A stretch of DNA of 64,000 bases from Atractiella rhizophila (GCA_021432655.1 MU271212.1:62001-126000), one strand, 5' to 3'. Shown: positions 25,513 to 38,498, numbered from the stretch's first letter. Notes: a model not told the origin generated them from the letters alone. Numbers and translations are program-made.

Positions 25513-28500
25513 GAGGGAAAAGCGGCTGGAGAGAGACGGTCATCTCCGATTGACAAAGAAGCTGAAGCAAGAAAGTAGATTGGTTAGTTGGCTGGCTGGC
25601 TTTGAGCTAACAGCAAGCTTTCCCAGGCTATCTCAGCACAGAAAAATATGGAAAGCGAGAGTGATGGATGGATGCCGAACTCGGAGTCTCGAAATAAGGG
25701 AAGGATTAATGTAGGTGCTTAGAGTTGCACTCAGAGAAAGGAGGGAGGGTAAAACACAAGGGGCCGGCCGCACTCGACGTGTTCTGCTGTGGACTGACGA
25801 CGAAAGGGCGTCGGGCTGCGTCAGGAGGTGCCGGTGGTGGTACAGTCTGGATCTAGCAAGATTGAAAGAGAGGAGGGAAGCTTGTAGGAGGAGGGCGGTT
25901 CCTGGGGTTTGCCGGTGGAAACCCTTAAAGCGAGTCGTTGTTGTTCAAGGAGTCGTTTACTACCTGCACTTGGACGAGTTGGTTTACGCCTAGGTTTTGG
26001 AGTTCGAAGTCCTCGTTTAGGAGGAAGTTGTCAAGGTCCGGGTCGTTCGAAAGCTCGTCTACGTCATAGTTGTCGTAGTCGTCGTTGTCAACCCCTTACC
26101 CCCCTCTGGCCAACAGCCGCCGCGATCCCTTGCTTCACAATGCCTAAGGCCCAACCCCTATGTCTCAGGCAGTAACATACCCTCCCCTAAACCTGTCGTT
26201 GTTCTTCTCCTATACCTGAATGTTGTCGTCAACTACTACGAGGCTGAACGGCTGGTTGTTGTCGTAGTTGTCGTTATAGGGAGAGTCCAGGGCGTTTGGC
26301 GTAAGCAGTTGAGGGCGAGCAAGAGACTAGTCGTCGTTTAGTCGAGAGGCTGGTCGAGAGCAGACGGAGGAAAGGAGAGGTGTGCAGGTCCTCTGCCTCC
26401 TTAGGTTCGACCTGTGTAGGAGCGACGAGTGCGAGAACGCTCTTTCCCTTCTGTTTTGTGCTACGGCTAGAGGAGACCACGCTTGCTGCTAGTCAAGGTC
26501 AGCAAGAGGAGGAAGCCAGGGGAGCAAGTTGTCAGGGTTTTCAGACCTCCAGGGTTGTTGGGAAACTCTCGTCCTGTGGTAGCTGCGTCGAGGAGCTGAT
26601 TGAGAAAGGAGAGCAGTAGCCCTTCAGTCTGTTCGTTGCCCTAGTAATGGGGGCGAGACCAGAATAGAGCTGGTCCGCTTCTTACCGGTTGAAGGGGTCA
26701 CAGGGTTGGCCTGCTACCTCGCTAGTTCTTCGTCCAGGGTTCCCAGTGCCACGCTTGCTTTCGGCGAAGGTGAAGACACCTGCTGAACTAGAGCGGGTGA
26801 GTTTTAGCCTTCCGTCGAGTAGCTGTGAGGGTAAGCTTCCTTAGCTTGAGAAGGCCGACAAGAAGTCTCCTTTCGTAGAGGAGGCTATTCTCCCTCCTCC
26901 ATGCCAGACCTCGCTCGTGCTGCTTGTGCTCGAGCAAGCTCTCGAACTCGCTGGTCAAGGTCTTATCCCTATGAATACTCCAGCTCTTGCTCGTCCTCGT
27001 TAGACTCTAGCAATCCGGTTTATCTCGGTTCCCGGAGTGACGACGGAACAGACCGCGACCTTGCTCTGTCGCAGGCCGATCAACCCCCTTACCCTATGGA
27101 GTCCCTAACTTGAACTTGGAGTTGCGCTACTACCGAGTCGTTTTGCGCTACCCTCCTCCTAACCCGCCTGAGCCTTCAGGACACGTCGGATTATACGGCT
27201 ACTACTACTTAGGCAAGCGCAGCCGAAAGTCGGGTTGGCGTGGACGAAAGTTAGGAGTAGTCCATCAGGAGGGATGGTGGTGAGTTCGAGGACAATTCGG
27301 CGGGAGGGGAGGAGTCGGAGTTGGCCACCTCTTCTCTCGCGGTTACGAGGAGGTTAGAGTATTTGTCCTATGTAGCTTGTGTCAGTAGCAGTAAGCTGTT
27401 GGATCTCCTGGTCGACTTCTATTCCTGGAAGGAGAATCTTTGAAACGCCGAGCACCACCACCTTTCTCCTAACCTCCCTCGCCACCTAACTTTGACTGCT
27501 GCTTATACCTGGCTTTGCGCCGACGCTTGGAATCTTCGGGAAGGGGGTTCTAATTATCCTGAGGCAGCGGACCTTCGCCACAGTCGTGCGGATGGTCGCG
27601 CAGACGAAGACCTTCACCCTCCTCCTTGCCCTTACCCTCACCTTTCTCCTGCGGCTCGGGTGGACCGCCACCACCAGCCCCTTCACCTTCAACCTCCTCG
27701 TTCTACTTCTCGGGCTGACTCCCTTCTGTTCTATTATCTAAGAAAACTAACCTAGGCTTACTGAGACATTGTAGAACAGGGTAATCAGAAGAAAGAAAAG
27801 AAAGGAAGAAAGAGAAAAGAAAAAGTAGTAGGAAAGCTCTTCAAGGTGTTTTGGTAAAGGGGAAATATGGACGAGAAACGAAGTCAACTCTCCAACACTA
27901 ACATCGTTACCTGCAACTACTTAGGCAAAGAGTCTCAATGGCAGGGTAGTTGAACTTTCGATACCTGAACCCACCAACTAACAATTCAACTAACCACGCT
28001 TAAACAAACAGTAAGAAATGAAGAGACAGAGGGCTAACTAAGCCAAAGCCCTCGTTATACAGAACATTCAGGAGATAAGTTGGAACGAGTTTGAAACGTC
28101 GTCGTGACTGCCATAGCCTACGCTGTCTAAATGTGAGTCTATGTAAGACCAGAATACCTAAGGTTATAGTAAAAGTGGTCCGAGTGTCTCCACTTCGACG
28201 AGTCATATACGCTCCTCCTCTCCTTCTCGTACTAACCCTTAACTCCCTTCTACTACTACTCCACCTCTAACTATCTTTCTTCTTTTAACGGAACTAATCT
28301 CCCGGCTTTGACCTGGTCGACGACAATCTCCACTTCTTCCCACTACTACACCAATTCTGAACTCGTTTCTTTCGACGGTTTGTGTTACCATACAAACAGA
28401 TGTTAAGGCTTAAACTACACTCGTCACTGTATTTTACGTAAGTCCGTGGACTCCAACTATAAAACATTCAACTCACACGGAGAAAGAGTGATGAAAAGCT

Positions 28501-30993
28501 CTTTTAGAAGCAAACTTCATTAATGGCCTTGAGTGTCTATATTTTTACATAGTTTTTCGTTACCGCGATTTACAACTGGAGACTGACAGGTTGACAGGTC
28601 TGTTTGACGTTGCGTATCTTCCGCCTTTAATTCCAAAACGGGATGGGAACCTGTATCGTGTCTTATCCCTCACGCGCGCAACAGCGCCCCTACGCGTCCC
28701 CGTGAAGGGCGCACCAGTACGCCTCATTAACGCGTTGCTCAGTTGCTGGTTGTCGTTGTTGACGGAGGGGAGTTATAGTGTGGCGAGCTTGAGCGTTCGC
28801 AAAAATTCCGGGCCTCTCGTGACATTGTCGTAAGGGTGGGTTGCAGTACAGGAAACGGCTGGAACTTGCTCCCCGAGGGTACGGAGCACGATGACAGCGT
28901 GGACGACCAAACAGAAGAACGTTAAGACGGATTAAGACGTTCTTATTATCTTGACTACCAATTAAAACAGATCTAAGAGCACCAAGTTTCCGGAACGAAC
29001 TGGCATAAAGGTATGTCTGCATGTTCTAGCTTCGGTTACAATGTCCGAACTTAGCCCACGAACTCGAGTACTTCTGTTCCCCTCCACTACTGAATGCGCA
29101 AGCCAACATTCGGGTAATGAGCTTTGAATACGTTCTAGTAACTAAACAAAACAATCTTGACTGAACTCGCTTCGGTGCTTTCTTCAATAATTCCAAAGAA
29201 ATGGCCTACACTTCCGAGAGAGTTGGGTAGGCTCACACGCAGGGAAAGTCTTTCTTCTCTTTTATCTCGAGTTAAGGAAACAAACATCGCCGGTCTCCGC
29301 TTGTTCCGTCGAGTTCTGAAAGTCCGACGACAGCCTGCCAAATTGTTCCACGTCTCTTCACGCCGGCTTAAGGTCGCCTCCTTCCACCTACTCTCAGCAC
29401 GCCGCGAGCTTCCTTGTTGTTCAAGAGGGTAGGGAGGAAGGAGAAGTAGCATACAAAAAGTCAAAGAACTTCAGTGCCATGTTAAACTGTGATTTGATAC
29501 CGCTTATTCATCGTCTGGAAGTAGTGGTTCCCTTCTCGTTCACATACAAAGTGCAGACAAGGATACACGCGGCTTCGCCTACAACTAGTCTATGACGGCT
29601 TATCTGTTGTGGTCTAAGTCTACCTGAATCAGAGTCTACGACTGTAGCTTAAAGTTCTTGCTCACTAACTTCTTGCTCTCCAAACAGGGGAGTGAAAGAA
29701 AAGAAATTGGGAATGGCTGTCCACAAACTTACATCCTTCGCGACTCCGTATAACTTAGACTTCACGTGCTTCATTTGCTCTAGAAGGCCCTAAATCCGTG
29801 TTACCACGTAGTCGTCGTCTCGTACTAACCATATAAGAAAGAGTGTCACTATTATAATCCTCACGAATAGCAGTACATCTATTGTAACTCAGTTTGCAAA
29901 TGAGGCAGCTCGTTCTGTGGTCACCACGGCAGCTTCTTAACCTAGTTCGAGTGCTTATGGTCTTCTTCCGCCCCTCCGCCTACGAAACGGAGGAGTAGTA
30001 AAAGTAGTAGCAATAACGCCAACAAGACGAGCGACATACAGAAAAGAACAGTAGAAGACCCTATATTTTGACTATGTACTATTACATGTCCAAAACCGTA
30101 CTAAACATCCCATATTATGTCTCATCTACAGTGAGGCCACCAATTACCTGTTGTGACTCGGATAAGCAATATGTTGTGGCTGTTGCATTGATTACACCCT
30201 TAGGCCCTCTCTGTATTTCCCCCCTTAGGGAAGGAGGTAACGGAAGAGATTCTTAGGTTGGGCTGAAGTTCGGAGAGACGAAAGAGCGCTTTGGGTTATA
30301 AGAAGGACAGGTTGGATACGAAGGAGATTCATAGAGAAACTAGATTTGTCGTTCTTCTTCGTATGTGTACAAGGTAGGAGAGGAGGTAGAGCTGGTAGGT
30401 AAAGAAGGAGCGAGGGGGAGAGCGGGGAGGTCAGTATATGGTGGTGAGGGATTTCGAGTCGGTGTGGGAGAGTAGGGAGCGCTTGACGGTTTCTCCGTTG
30501 CTCACTAGGGGACGGGGTAGGCGGAGACTTCGATTGAAGGTATCGCGGTTGTGCTGTTACAGCTGCGAGCGCAATCGCTCTTTAAGTCACTGCCTTCGCT
30601 GCAACTCCTCAAGCAGGGATAGAAAGAACAGCTCTCTAACACTGCGTTTGAACATGTAGAAGCACGCCCGCAGAACCTGACCGGCAAACCAACCTTTGTC
30701 TCGACTCTAGCGTTGAACCTGCTTCCAACTCCTGTACTACTGGTGAACTTCTATCCTACTCTATTCTAGCCATTAGAACAAGACTTCAGGCTTGCGTTAT
30801 CGGCGGAAATTTAAGCAGGAATAGGGAAAGTTGTTTGGCTAGTAGAGGGGTCATCCTACGCGTTCGAGAAGTAGCGATTTCAACAACTGAGCAGAGCTAT
30901 AACGTGGCTGGTTATTCTACCACTAGAGCGATACGCTAAAAGGTTATGCGTAGCTCATACATTCACCCCTCTCAGGTCTAAACTCCCTATCCT
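25513..30993. other. Mirror (reversed, uncomplemented) block equivalent to ~37767-43178; probable assembly artefact
   Basis: 30980->30901 read backwards gives ATCTGGACTCTCCCCACTTACATACTCGATGCG.. which matches 37766 onward; 25513 GAGGGAAAAGCGGCTGGAGAGAGACGG is the mirror of ~43153-43178. Confidence 0.97.
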
Positions 30994-31018
30994 NNNNNNN
31001 NNNNNNNNNNNNNNNNNN
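30994..31018. other. Assembly gap (25 N)
   Basis: Run of N exactly at the copy A / copy B junction. Confidence 1.
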
Positions 31019-31376
31019 ATGAACTCACGGTCGTCCTTTGGTCGAGAGGGTCTTGGGAGTAGGAGCTGGACCATCCGAAAATAGCGCGGTCGCCAAAATG
31101 AAAATCGGTGAAGGTTAGACGGAGAGAGAAGAAAAGGACATGTTAGGTACTTTGAGGCAGAGAAAGGAAAACGAACAAGTCCAGCTAGCAGCTGCTCCCA
31201 AGTTGACATCCTTGCTTCCACCAAAGACGTAGAGATTGCTCTCAGCGTCACTGCATCGGTAGCACATTAGTACGAAGGAGGAAAGCAAGAATAGGAACGC
31301 ACAAGACCACACAACTGCTCAGCCCTCTCACGGAGGCAGTCAAGGCAGAGAATAAAAGAAGGGCAGGGAGAATCAT
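31019..31376 (-). CDS. 5' part of the secreted kelch-like gene, copy B, truncated by the gap
   Basis: Near-identical to 20331-20688. Confidence 0.7.
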
Positions 31377-31822
31377 TTTCAGTTAGTTGGTTGCTCAGTA
31401 AAGAATGTAGGCCGACCAGGATTCTATCTAGGTCGATAGCTGGAAGAGTTGGGAGATATTGATGGGAGGTATTCGCTGAGGTAGGGTGAGATATTCGTCG
31501 TTGCAGACTTATGCAGTGTGAAACACCTAAATTTATAAGTTCGGTTCCGGAAATAAGGACGCTCCCCCAAAACAAGGCAGGAGTACTCGTCACATCCATA
31601 ATGGGAAGCACCTTGGGACTCTATTCTCCATTGGATGCGTAATAACTATGTTTGCTCTCTTTCCCCTGAAGCGCAGTGCCGCAGTGTGAAGAGGATACAC
31701 GTTCGGTGAGGCGCGGGTTGGCGCATTAAAATTCCATCCGTGCGCGGACCCACGACCAACCACACACTGAGCAACGACCAGAACTTCAACTAAAAGCCGC
31801 TCCAGAGCCTCGTTGGATCATA

Positions 31823-32401
31823 ATGGCACCACTCCTACGCCCACCCACACGAATACCAGCCTCAGCATCTATTCTCCGCGCATTCCAACAACCACTGCCC
31901 CCGTCTTATGCCAGCTTCCGACTGTCGTGTCTCAAGCTCATTCTCGTTTATAACCCAAAACATGACAGCTGGTACGTTAGTTCTTCTGCAACCAATTTCT
32001 TCTCATTGAATGTTCTTGGTTGGCTTCACAGTAAGCAACTCGAAAACTTTATAACCAACCCGAAATTCCTCGTCACCATTGCAAAACAATATCCAGAAGT
32101 CGAATTCATCGTTCGCCCGCGGACCAAGAGCATCACTCCATTCCTACGCGGCGTGTACTGTTCGTTGTCTCTCCTCACCTCTCAAAACTGCTTCCTAACC
32201 GTTTCATTGTGCGGCACAGCTAACAATCGGACCAAGATGATTCAGGTTGGCAGGCTTGACCTGATGGGTATCAGGGAGAAGGTCAAGCTGATATTGGACT
32301 CGAGCGGTGATCAGCTCAAGGACTACGATAGGGCTACAGTAGAGAGTCAAACACCGAGTGTTAGGGGCATCTGGAGCCCATTTCATGAGGAGTCTGCATG
32401 A
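31823..32401 (+). CDS. MRPL51: Mitochondrial ribosomal protein mL43 (MrpL51), copy B
   Basis: Same translation as 21136-21714, with synonymous SNPs. Confidence 0.88.
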   Translation: MAPLLRPPTRIPASASILRAFQQPLPPSYASFRLSCLKLILVYNPKHDSWYVSSSATNFFSLNVLGWLHSKQLENFITNPKFLVTIAKQYPEVEFIVRPRTKSITPFLRGVYCSLSLLTSQNCFLTVSLCGTANNRTKMIQVGRLDLMGIREKVKLILDSSGDQLKDYDRATVESQTPSVRGIWSPFHEESA

Positions 32402-32517
32402 CGATGTTTATTGCAGTTACCCGTTTGCTTTTTAATAACTTCTAATCAAAGTCGTTGTCCATTCATTCCATTGCCATCCGTAAAAGTCAAATTCCCGTAA
32501 AGTGTTTGGTGTCATGG

Positions 32518-34846
32518 TTAGCTCTTTCGTCTCATCCCAAACATCGACCTTCCACCACTCTTTGTAGCCTTAAAGTCCTTTTGATCCGCCACGCTCTGCT
32601 CCATAATCTCGACCTCCTTCCTCTCAAACTCCTCCTTGACTTTTTCTCTCCATTGATCTTCCTTGACAGCCTTCCACCCGACAGCCGCTAACCCTTTCAT
32701 AGCAACAACTGCGCTCTGGTGGGCTTCAACGCTCTTCGCCGCCTCTGCGAACTCTGGAGTGTGGTTAGCCGCCTTGGCTGGTATCAGGAAGCCGGCTTGT
32801 AATCCCGGTAAGGCGTAGCTGACGTCTCCAAAGTCTGTACTCGCTGATCCTTCCGTTGTAATAGAGACGGGGATGTCGTGACGAGCAGCAAGGTAGGCTT
32901 TGTACTCTTCGCAAAGAGTGTAGTTGAGCTTGGTGTCTGACCACACCACATCAGCATCAGCATTTACTTCCAGTCTTTCATCACATAGAGGTAGTAGAAT
33001 AGTAATCTCACCTTTATACTGCATCGCCCACCTGCTCTCAACTTGACACCCGCTCCCATTCTCCCCTGCCTTTACACACCCTTCCACCTTAACCTTCAAC
33101 TTCTCGAGCTCCTTCCAAGTCGGAGCCCTCATCCCGATGTCTATCCTCGCCTTCCCTGGAATGATGTTCTGGACGAATGGCGCCCCTTCCGGACTCTTGA
33201 TGACGGAGTGCACTCGATGAGTAGGCGGAAGCTGTTGGCGCAACATGGCGAGCGAATTGTACGTCGTCACGGCCGCGTCGAGTGCGTTCACTCCTTCCCA
33301 TGGCGCTAAAGCTATTTCGTACTATCCCTTAGAACTTTTCAGTTGACGGAGACAGGAAGAGAACGCACCAGCATGTGCTGTGTGTCCAGTAAAATTAGAG
33401 ACCAGTGTGGCCACTGTGGGTCCCGTCAGCGTTGTGGATGAAAGAAAGAAAAAGAGACTTTACCAGCTAACGACCCTCCTATACCAGCTACCTTCGGATC
33501 GCCTTGTCCTGGATGAGCCATGAGGCACCTTTTCACCATCAGTCCTCATCTTTACAAGTAGGGGGCTGCCGCACAAGTCCATGTCCTCATACTCCCCTCT
33601 TTCAAGCAGCTTGACTTTTCCACCGCCTCCTTCTTCAGCTACATCATGTGTATCAGACGGGGATGCAAGGAATATGAGGACTATAACCTACCTGGTGTTC
33701 CTAGCAAGATACAAGATCCAGGAACGCCGAATCTTGCCATGGTGCTCGAGAGAGCGAGGAAGGCTCCGACGCCAACGATGGCGATAAGATTATGACCTTT
33801 TCACCATCCAATCCAATAGGTCACCCTACCTCGCCAGGGAGGGAAGGAAGATATCGAGCATACCGCATGCATGTCCAATACCAGGAAGCGCATCCTTGTA
33901 TTCGCAATATCAATATCAAGTTCGCGAGGAGACATGAAAAAGTACCATCTCGCTATTGAATCCAACGCGACCGCCCTTCCCTCCTTCAGCTGGCAGGGCG
34001 TCGCTCTTGTATACCACTTTCCAGGCTGTTTCGAGGCCACCAGTGCCCGTTGTTATTGTGTACCCCTTTTTATTCCCCACTGTGGATCAAGCATGGTTAG
34101 TTGCAGACGCTAGGAGAAGACTAGTGAGGGTAATGAGTTGTCTGGAGGTTAGCTAGCATAGTTAATTTTCTCTCTCCTACGTCTCAGAGTATCTATCATC
34201 TCCCATTTCCTACGGATAGTTGACGGCAATTTCATCATGAAAGGGTATAGGCTGCTCATGATGATTGCGTCCTGTGCATCTCCAGGAGGTTTCTCGATGT
34301 CAAGAACTTGGCCTCCGCTAGCGGCATAGAATCGCCAGACTATTGATAGATATGGCTTATTCCTCAAAATTCAAACAAGGGTTGATGAGAGACCCTGTGA
34401 GCAACTTAAACCTGTCATGCTGCTGCAAATACACAGTACAAGAATGTAAAGGATATAAAACCGAAAAGAGTTCAAGTATCGAACGGAAGCCAAAAAGAGT
34501 TCAAGTATCGAACGGAAGCCAAAAAGAGTTCAAGTATCGAACGGAAGCCAAAAAACAAACAAACAAAATGACCAGACACACCTTGTTTCTTCATAAACTC
34601 GACCATCGCCTTCGATGTCTTCCTCTCCTGCCATCTCGTCTCTTTATATCCATGAATCTTAAGCGACAAATGTCTCAGAGCCGGAGAAAGCTGATCCACC
34701 GCCTTCTCCAAGGCTTCTACCTGACCAAGAGGGCTCAAAGTCTCGTAAATCTTTGGAGTGTAGGACGGTGGTTCCTCTGGTGCTGCCTTCTCGTCGAGAG
34801 ATGGTAGGGAACTTGAACGACGGAAAGCTGAGAAACAAGACGGCAT
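32518..34846 (-). CDS. M20 peptidase/amidohydrolase, copy B
   Basis: Same motifs and exons as copy A with a few substitutions (e.g. KAK/KVK, VIA/VVA). Confidence 0.9.
34464..34549. repeat. 29-bp minisatellite, 3 units, in M20 intron 1
   Basis: (A)AAAAGAGTTCAAGTATCGAACGGAAGCC x3; a single unit in the other two copies. Confidence 0.95.
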
Positions 34847-35315
34847 ATCGAACTTTTCGACAAAAATCAACGAGGGAGGGGAGCCTGTACTGGTGAGCCT
34901 GAGTTCTTGAGGGACAATAAAGTAATAACGCACGCAGGAACGCTTGGTCAATATCGCGTCATTTCTCCGACCACGGGAATGCGCCAATAAATACGAGCAA
35001 ACATGTCAACAAAAAATTTCCAGATGACCACGACCAGTCAGGAGGATGAGAGAGACGAGAAGAGGCATTGGAGGTTTGTCAGGAGGATCGTTCATTTACC
35101 ACTAATTCTTGCCCAGAGTATGCGGTGACTAGCTAAATAAGCTGATTTGGTGAGCTTTTGTCAACATTTTATCAAAATTGGTGAGGAGAAGATGAGCAAT
35201 ATACGTCTTGCTGCATATCCTTCCGAGAACCTCCCAGCTCTTGAGTTGGCTAAACTGAGGATACTCCTATCTAGACTCGCGTCTGATCTTACCTGATAAC
35301 ATTTTTCCTTTTCCA

Positions 35316-36626
35316 ACCCTCCTATACCAGCTACCTTCGGATCGCCTTGTCCTGGATGAGCCATGAGGCACCTTTTCACCATCAGTCCTCATCTTTACAA
35401 GTAGGGGGCTGCCGCACAAGTCCATGTCCTCATACTCCCCTCTTTCAAGCAGCTTGACTTTTCCACCTCCTCCTTCTTCAGCTACATCATGTGTATCAGA
35501 CGGGGATGCAAGGAATATGAGGACTATAACCTACCTGGTGTTCCTAGCAAGATACAAGATCCAGGAACGCCGAATCTTGCCATGGTGCTCGAGAGAGCGA
35601 GGAAGGCTCCGACGCCAACGATGGCGATAAGATTATGGCCTTTTCACCATCCCATGAAATAGGTCACCTTACCTCGCCAGGGAGGGGAAGGAAGATATCG
35701 AGCATACCGCATGCATGTCCAATACCAGGAAGCGCATCCTTGTATGAACAATATCAATATCAAGTCATTCGCGAGGAGACATGAAAAAGTACCATCTCGC
35801 TATTGAATCCAACGCGACCACCCTTTCCTCCTTCAGTTGGCAAGGCGTCGCTCTTGTATACCACTTTCCAGGCTGTTTCGAGGCCACCGGTGCCCGTGGT
35901 TATTGTGTACCCCTTTTTATTACCCACTATGGATCAAGGATGGTTAGTTGCAGGCTTTGGAAGAAGACTAGTGGGGGGTAATGAGTTGTCTGGAGGTAAA
36001 CTAGCATGGTTAATTTTCTCTCTCCTACGTCTCAGAGTATCTATCATCTCCCATTTCCTACGGATAGTTGACGGTAATTTCATCATGAAAGGGTATAGGC
36101 TGCTCATGATGATTGCGTCCTGTGCATCTCCAGGAGGTTTCTCGATGTCAAGAACTTGGCCTCCGCCAGTGGCATAGAATCGCCAGACTATTGATAGATA
36201 TGGCTTATACCTCAAAATTCGAACAAACAAGGGTCGATGACAGACATTGTTGAATCTGTCATGCTGCTTCAAATACCCAGCACAAGAATGTAAAGGATAC
36301 AAAAGCGAAAAGAGTTCAAGTATCGAACGGAAGCCAAAAAAAATAAAATGACCAGACACACCTTGTTTCTTCATAAACTCGACCATCGCCTTCGCCGTCT
36401 TCCTCTCCCGCCATCTCGTCTCTTTATATCCATGAATCTTAAGCGACAAATTTCTCAGAGCCGGAGAAAGCTGATCCACCGCCTTCTCCAAGGCTTCTAC
36501 CTGACCAAGAGGGCTCGAAGTCTCGTAAATCTTTGGAGTGTAGGACGGTGGTTCCTCTGGTGCTGCCTTCTCGTCGAGAGATGGTAGGGAACTTGAACGA
36601 CGGAAAGCTGAGAAACAAGACGGCAT
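35316..36626 (-). pseudogene. Third, 3'-truncated copy of the M20 peptidase (5' exons only)
   Basis: At 35316 the upstream sequence (..TTTTCCTTTTCCA) jumps to ACCCTCCTATACCAG (=33473 / ~22786), which is mid-gene. Confidence 0.85.
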
Positions 36627-37565
36627 ATCGAACTTTTCGACAAAAATCAACGAGGGAGGGGAGCCTGTACTGGTGAGCCTGAGTTCTTGAGGGACAATAA
36701 AGTAATAACGCACGCAGGAACGCTTGGTCAATATCGCGTCATTTCTCCGACCACGGGAATGCGCCAATAAATACGAGCAAACATGTCAACAAAAAATTTC
36801 CAGATGACCACGACCAGTCAGGAGGATGAGAGAGACGAGAAGAGGCATTGGAGGTTTGTCAGGAGGATCGTTCATTTACCACTAATTCTTGCCCAGAGTA
36901 TGCGGTGACTAGCTAAATAAGCTGATTTGGTGAGCTTTTGTCAACATTTTATCAAAATTGGTGAGGAGAAGATGAGCAATATACGTCTTGCTGCATATCC
37001 TTCCGAGAACCTCCCAGCTCTTGAGTTGGCTAAACTGAGGATACTCCTATCTAGACTCGCGTCTGATCTTACCTGATAACATTTTTCCTTTTCCAAGACT
37101 TGATGAACTGATTTCTTTGTGTCAATAGGAAAGAATTTGTGGTTTAGACAGGGCACAGTCTGCGTGTCCGCATCCTGAGTGGAGTGTATAAAGGAACAAC
37201 AATTGTATGGTAGCAAAATGTTTGATGCAATATGTGTGAGTAAGGTTGAAAAATTCAGCGGCTAATTGTGGCTGCCTCATGTCTTCCCTCGAACAGCACA
37301 CAATCAGCATGCTGAACTGGAATTTCTGTTTGTGCGTCCAAACCGTAACAATTATCGTAGTGACTGCTTGCCGTGAAGCTTGCCTGAAGAATTGGAGTCA
37401 CCCATCTTTCGCAGACCTTTCACTAAGTACTCAGTGGGTGGATGACTCCTCCTCGACCGCATTTACTCTTACTCTCCCAAACCCACCAGAGTGTTTCCAG
37501 GCGACTCCTTCTGTTATATTACCCTCTCCCGCCACTTCCTTGTCTCTACTCGTCTCTTTACGTTC

Positions 37566-38498
37566 ATGATGAAACGATCAAGCACGCCTCCACCAAACTT
37601 TCCAAACAACAGCTCTCTTCTCCACAATCTGGCATCGTCCCCTTCTTCGCTGGTAAAACCAAGACGACGTGTCTCCTCCCACCCAGTCTTTCCATCAGCA
37701 CTTCCCTCTTTCGAGTCCATCACACGCAGCGCAAGCGCTCAAGCAACCATACTCAAACCGCAGCGATCTGGACTCTCCCCACTTACATACTCGATGCGTA
37801 TTGGAAAATCGCATAGCGAGATCACCATCTTATTGGTCGGTGCAATATCGAGACGAGTCAACAACTTTAGCGATGAAGAGCTTGCGCATCCTACTGGGGA
37901 GATGATCGGTTTGTTGAAAGGGATAAGGACGAATTTAAAGGCGGCTATTGCGTTCGGACTTCAGAACAAGATTACCGATCTTATCTCATCCTATCTTCAA
38001 GTGGTCATCATGTCCTCAACCTTCGTCCAAGTTGCGATCTCAGGTCTGTTCCCAACCAAACGGCCAGTCCAAGACGCCCGCACGAAGATGTACAAGTTTG
38101 CGTCACAATCTCTCGACAAGAAAGATAGGGACGAACTCCTCAACGTCGCTTCCGTCACTGAATTTCTCGCTAACGCGAGCGTCGACATTGTCGTCTTGGC
38201 GCTATGGAAGCTAGCTTCAGAGGCGGATGGGACAGCCGATCACTCGTTGCCTCTTTGGCAATTCGCGAGGGATGAGAGGGTGTGACTGAGCTTTAGGGAG
38301 TGGTGGTATATGACTGGAGGGGCGAGAGGCGGAGCGAGGAAGAAATGGATGGTCGAGATGGAGGAGAGGATGGAACATGTGTATGCTTCTTCTTGCTGTT
38401 TAGATCAAAGAGATACTTAGAGGAAGCATAGGTTGGACAGGAAGAATATTGGGTTTCGCGAGAAAGCAGAGAGGCTTGAAGTCGGGTTGGATTCTTAG
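37566..38498 (+). pseudogene. Conserved fungal hypothetical protein, copy B, with an in-frame 267-nt deletion and a premature TGA
   Basis: PQR joins directly to SGLSP, 89 codons fewer than copy A; TGA at 38283-38285 where the mirror copy has TGG; last exon VLDRKNIGFREKAERLEVGLDS* after intron 38381-38431. Confidence 0.7.

Larger units (their letters stand above)
20331..30993. repeat. Tandem segmental duplication, copy A (last 5.5 kb in mirror orientation)
   Basis: 20331 ATGAACTCACGGTCGTCC equals 31019; colinear with copy B apart from scattered SNPs and indels. Confidence 0.95.

Noticed and set aside
25715..30687. Short ORFs in the six-frame track within the mirror block
   Set aside because: They are products of reversed sequence; the real coding information appears only after reversal or complementation.
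25513..30993. Interpretation as a biological inversion, transposon or foreign island
   Set aside because: It matches copy B by reversal without complementation, which a DNA inversion cannot give; no terminal repeats or transposase are visible.
34464..34549. CRISPR-like 29-bp repeats
   Set aside because: The units are directly adjacent with no spacers, they lie in a eukaryotic intron, and there are no cas genes.
38283..38285. Stop-codon readthrough or A-to-I editing of TGA
   Set aside because: The other copy has genomic TGG and this copy also carries a large deletion; simple mutation or error is more parsimonious.
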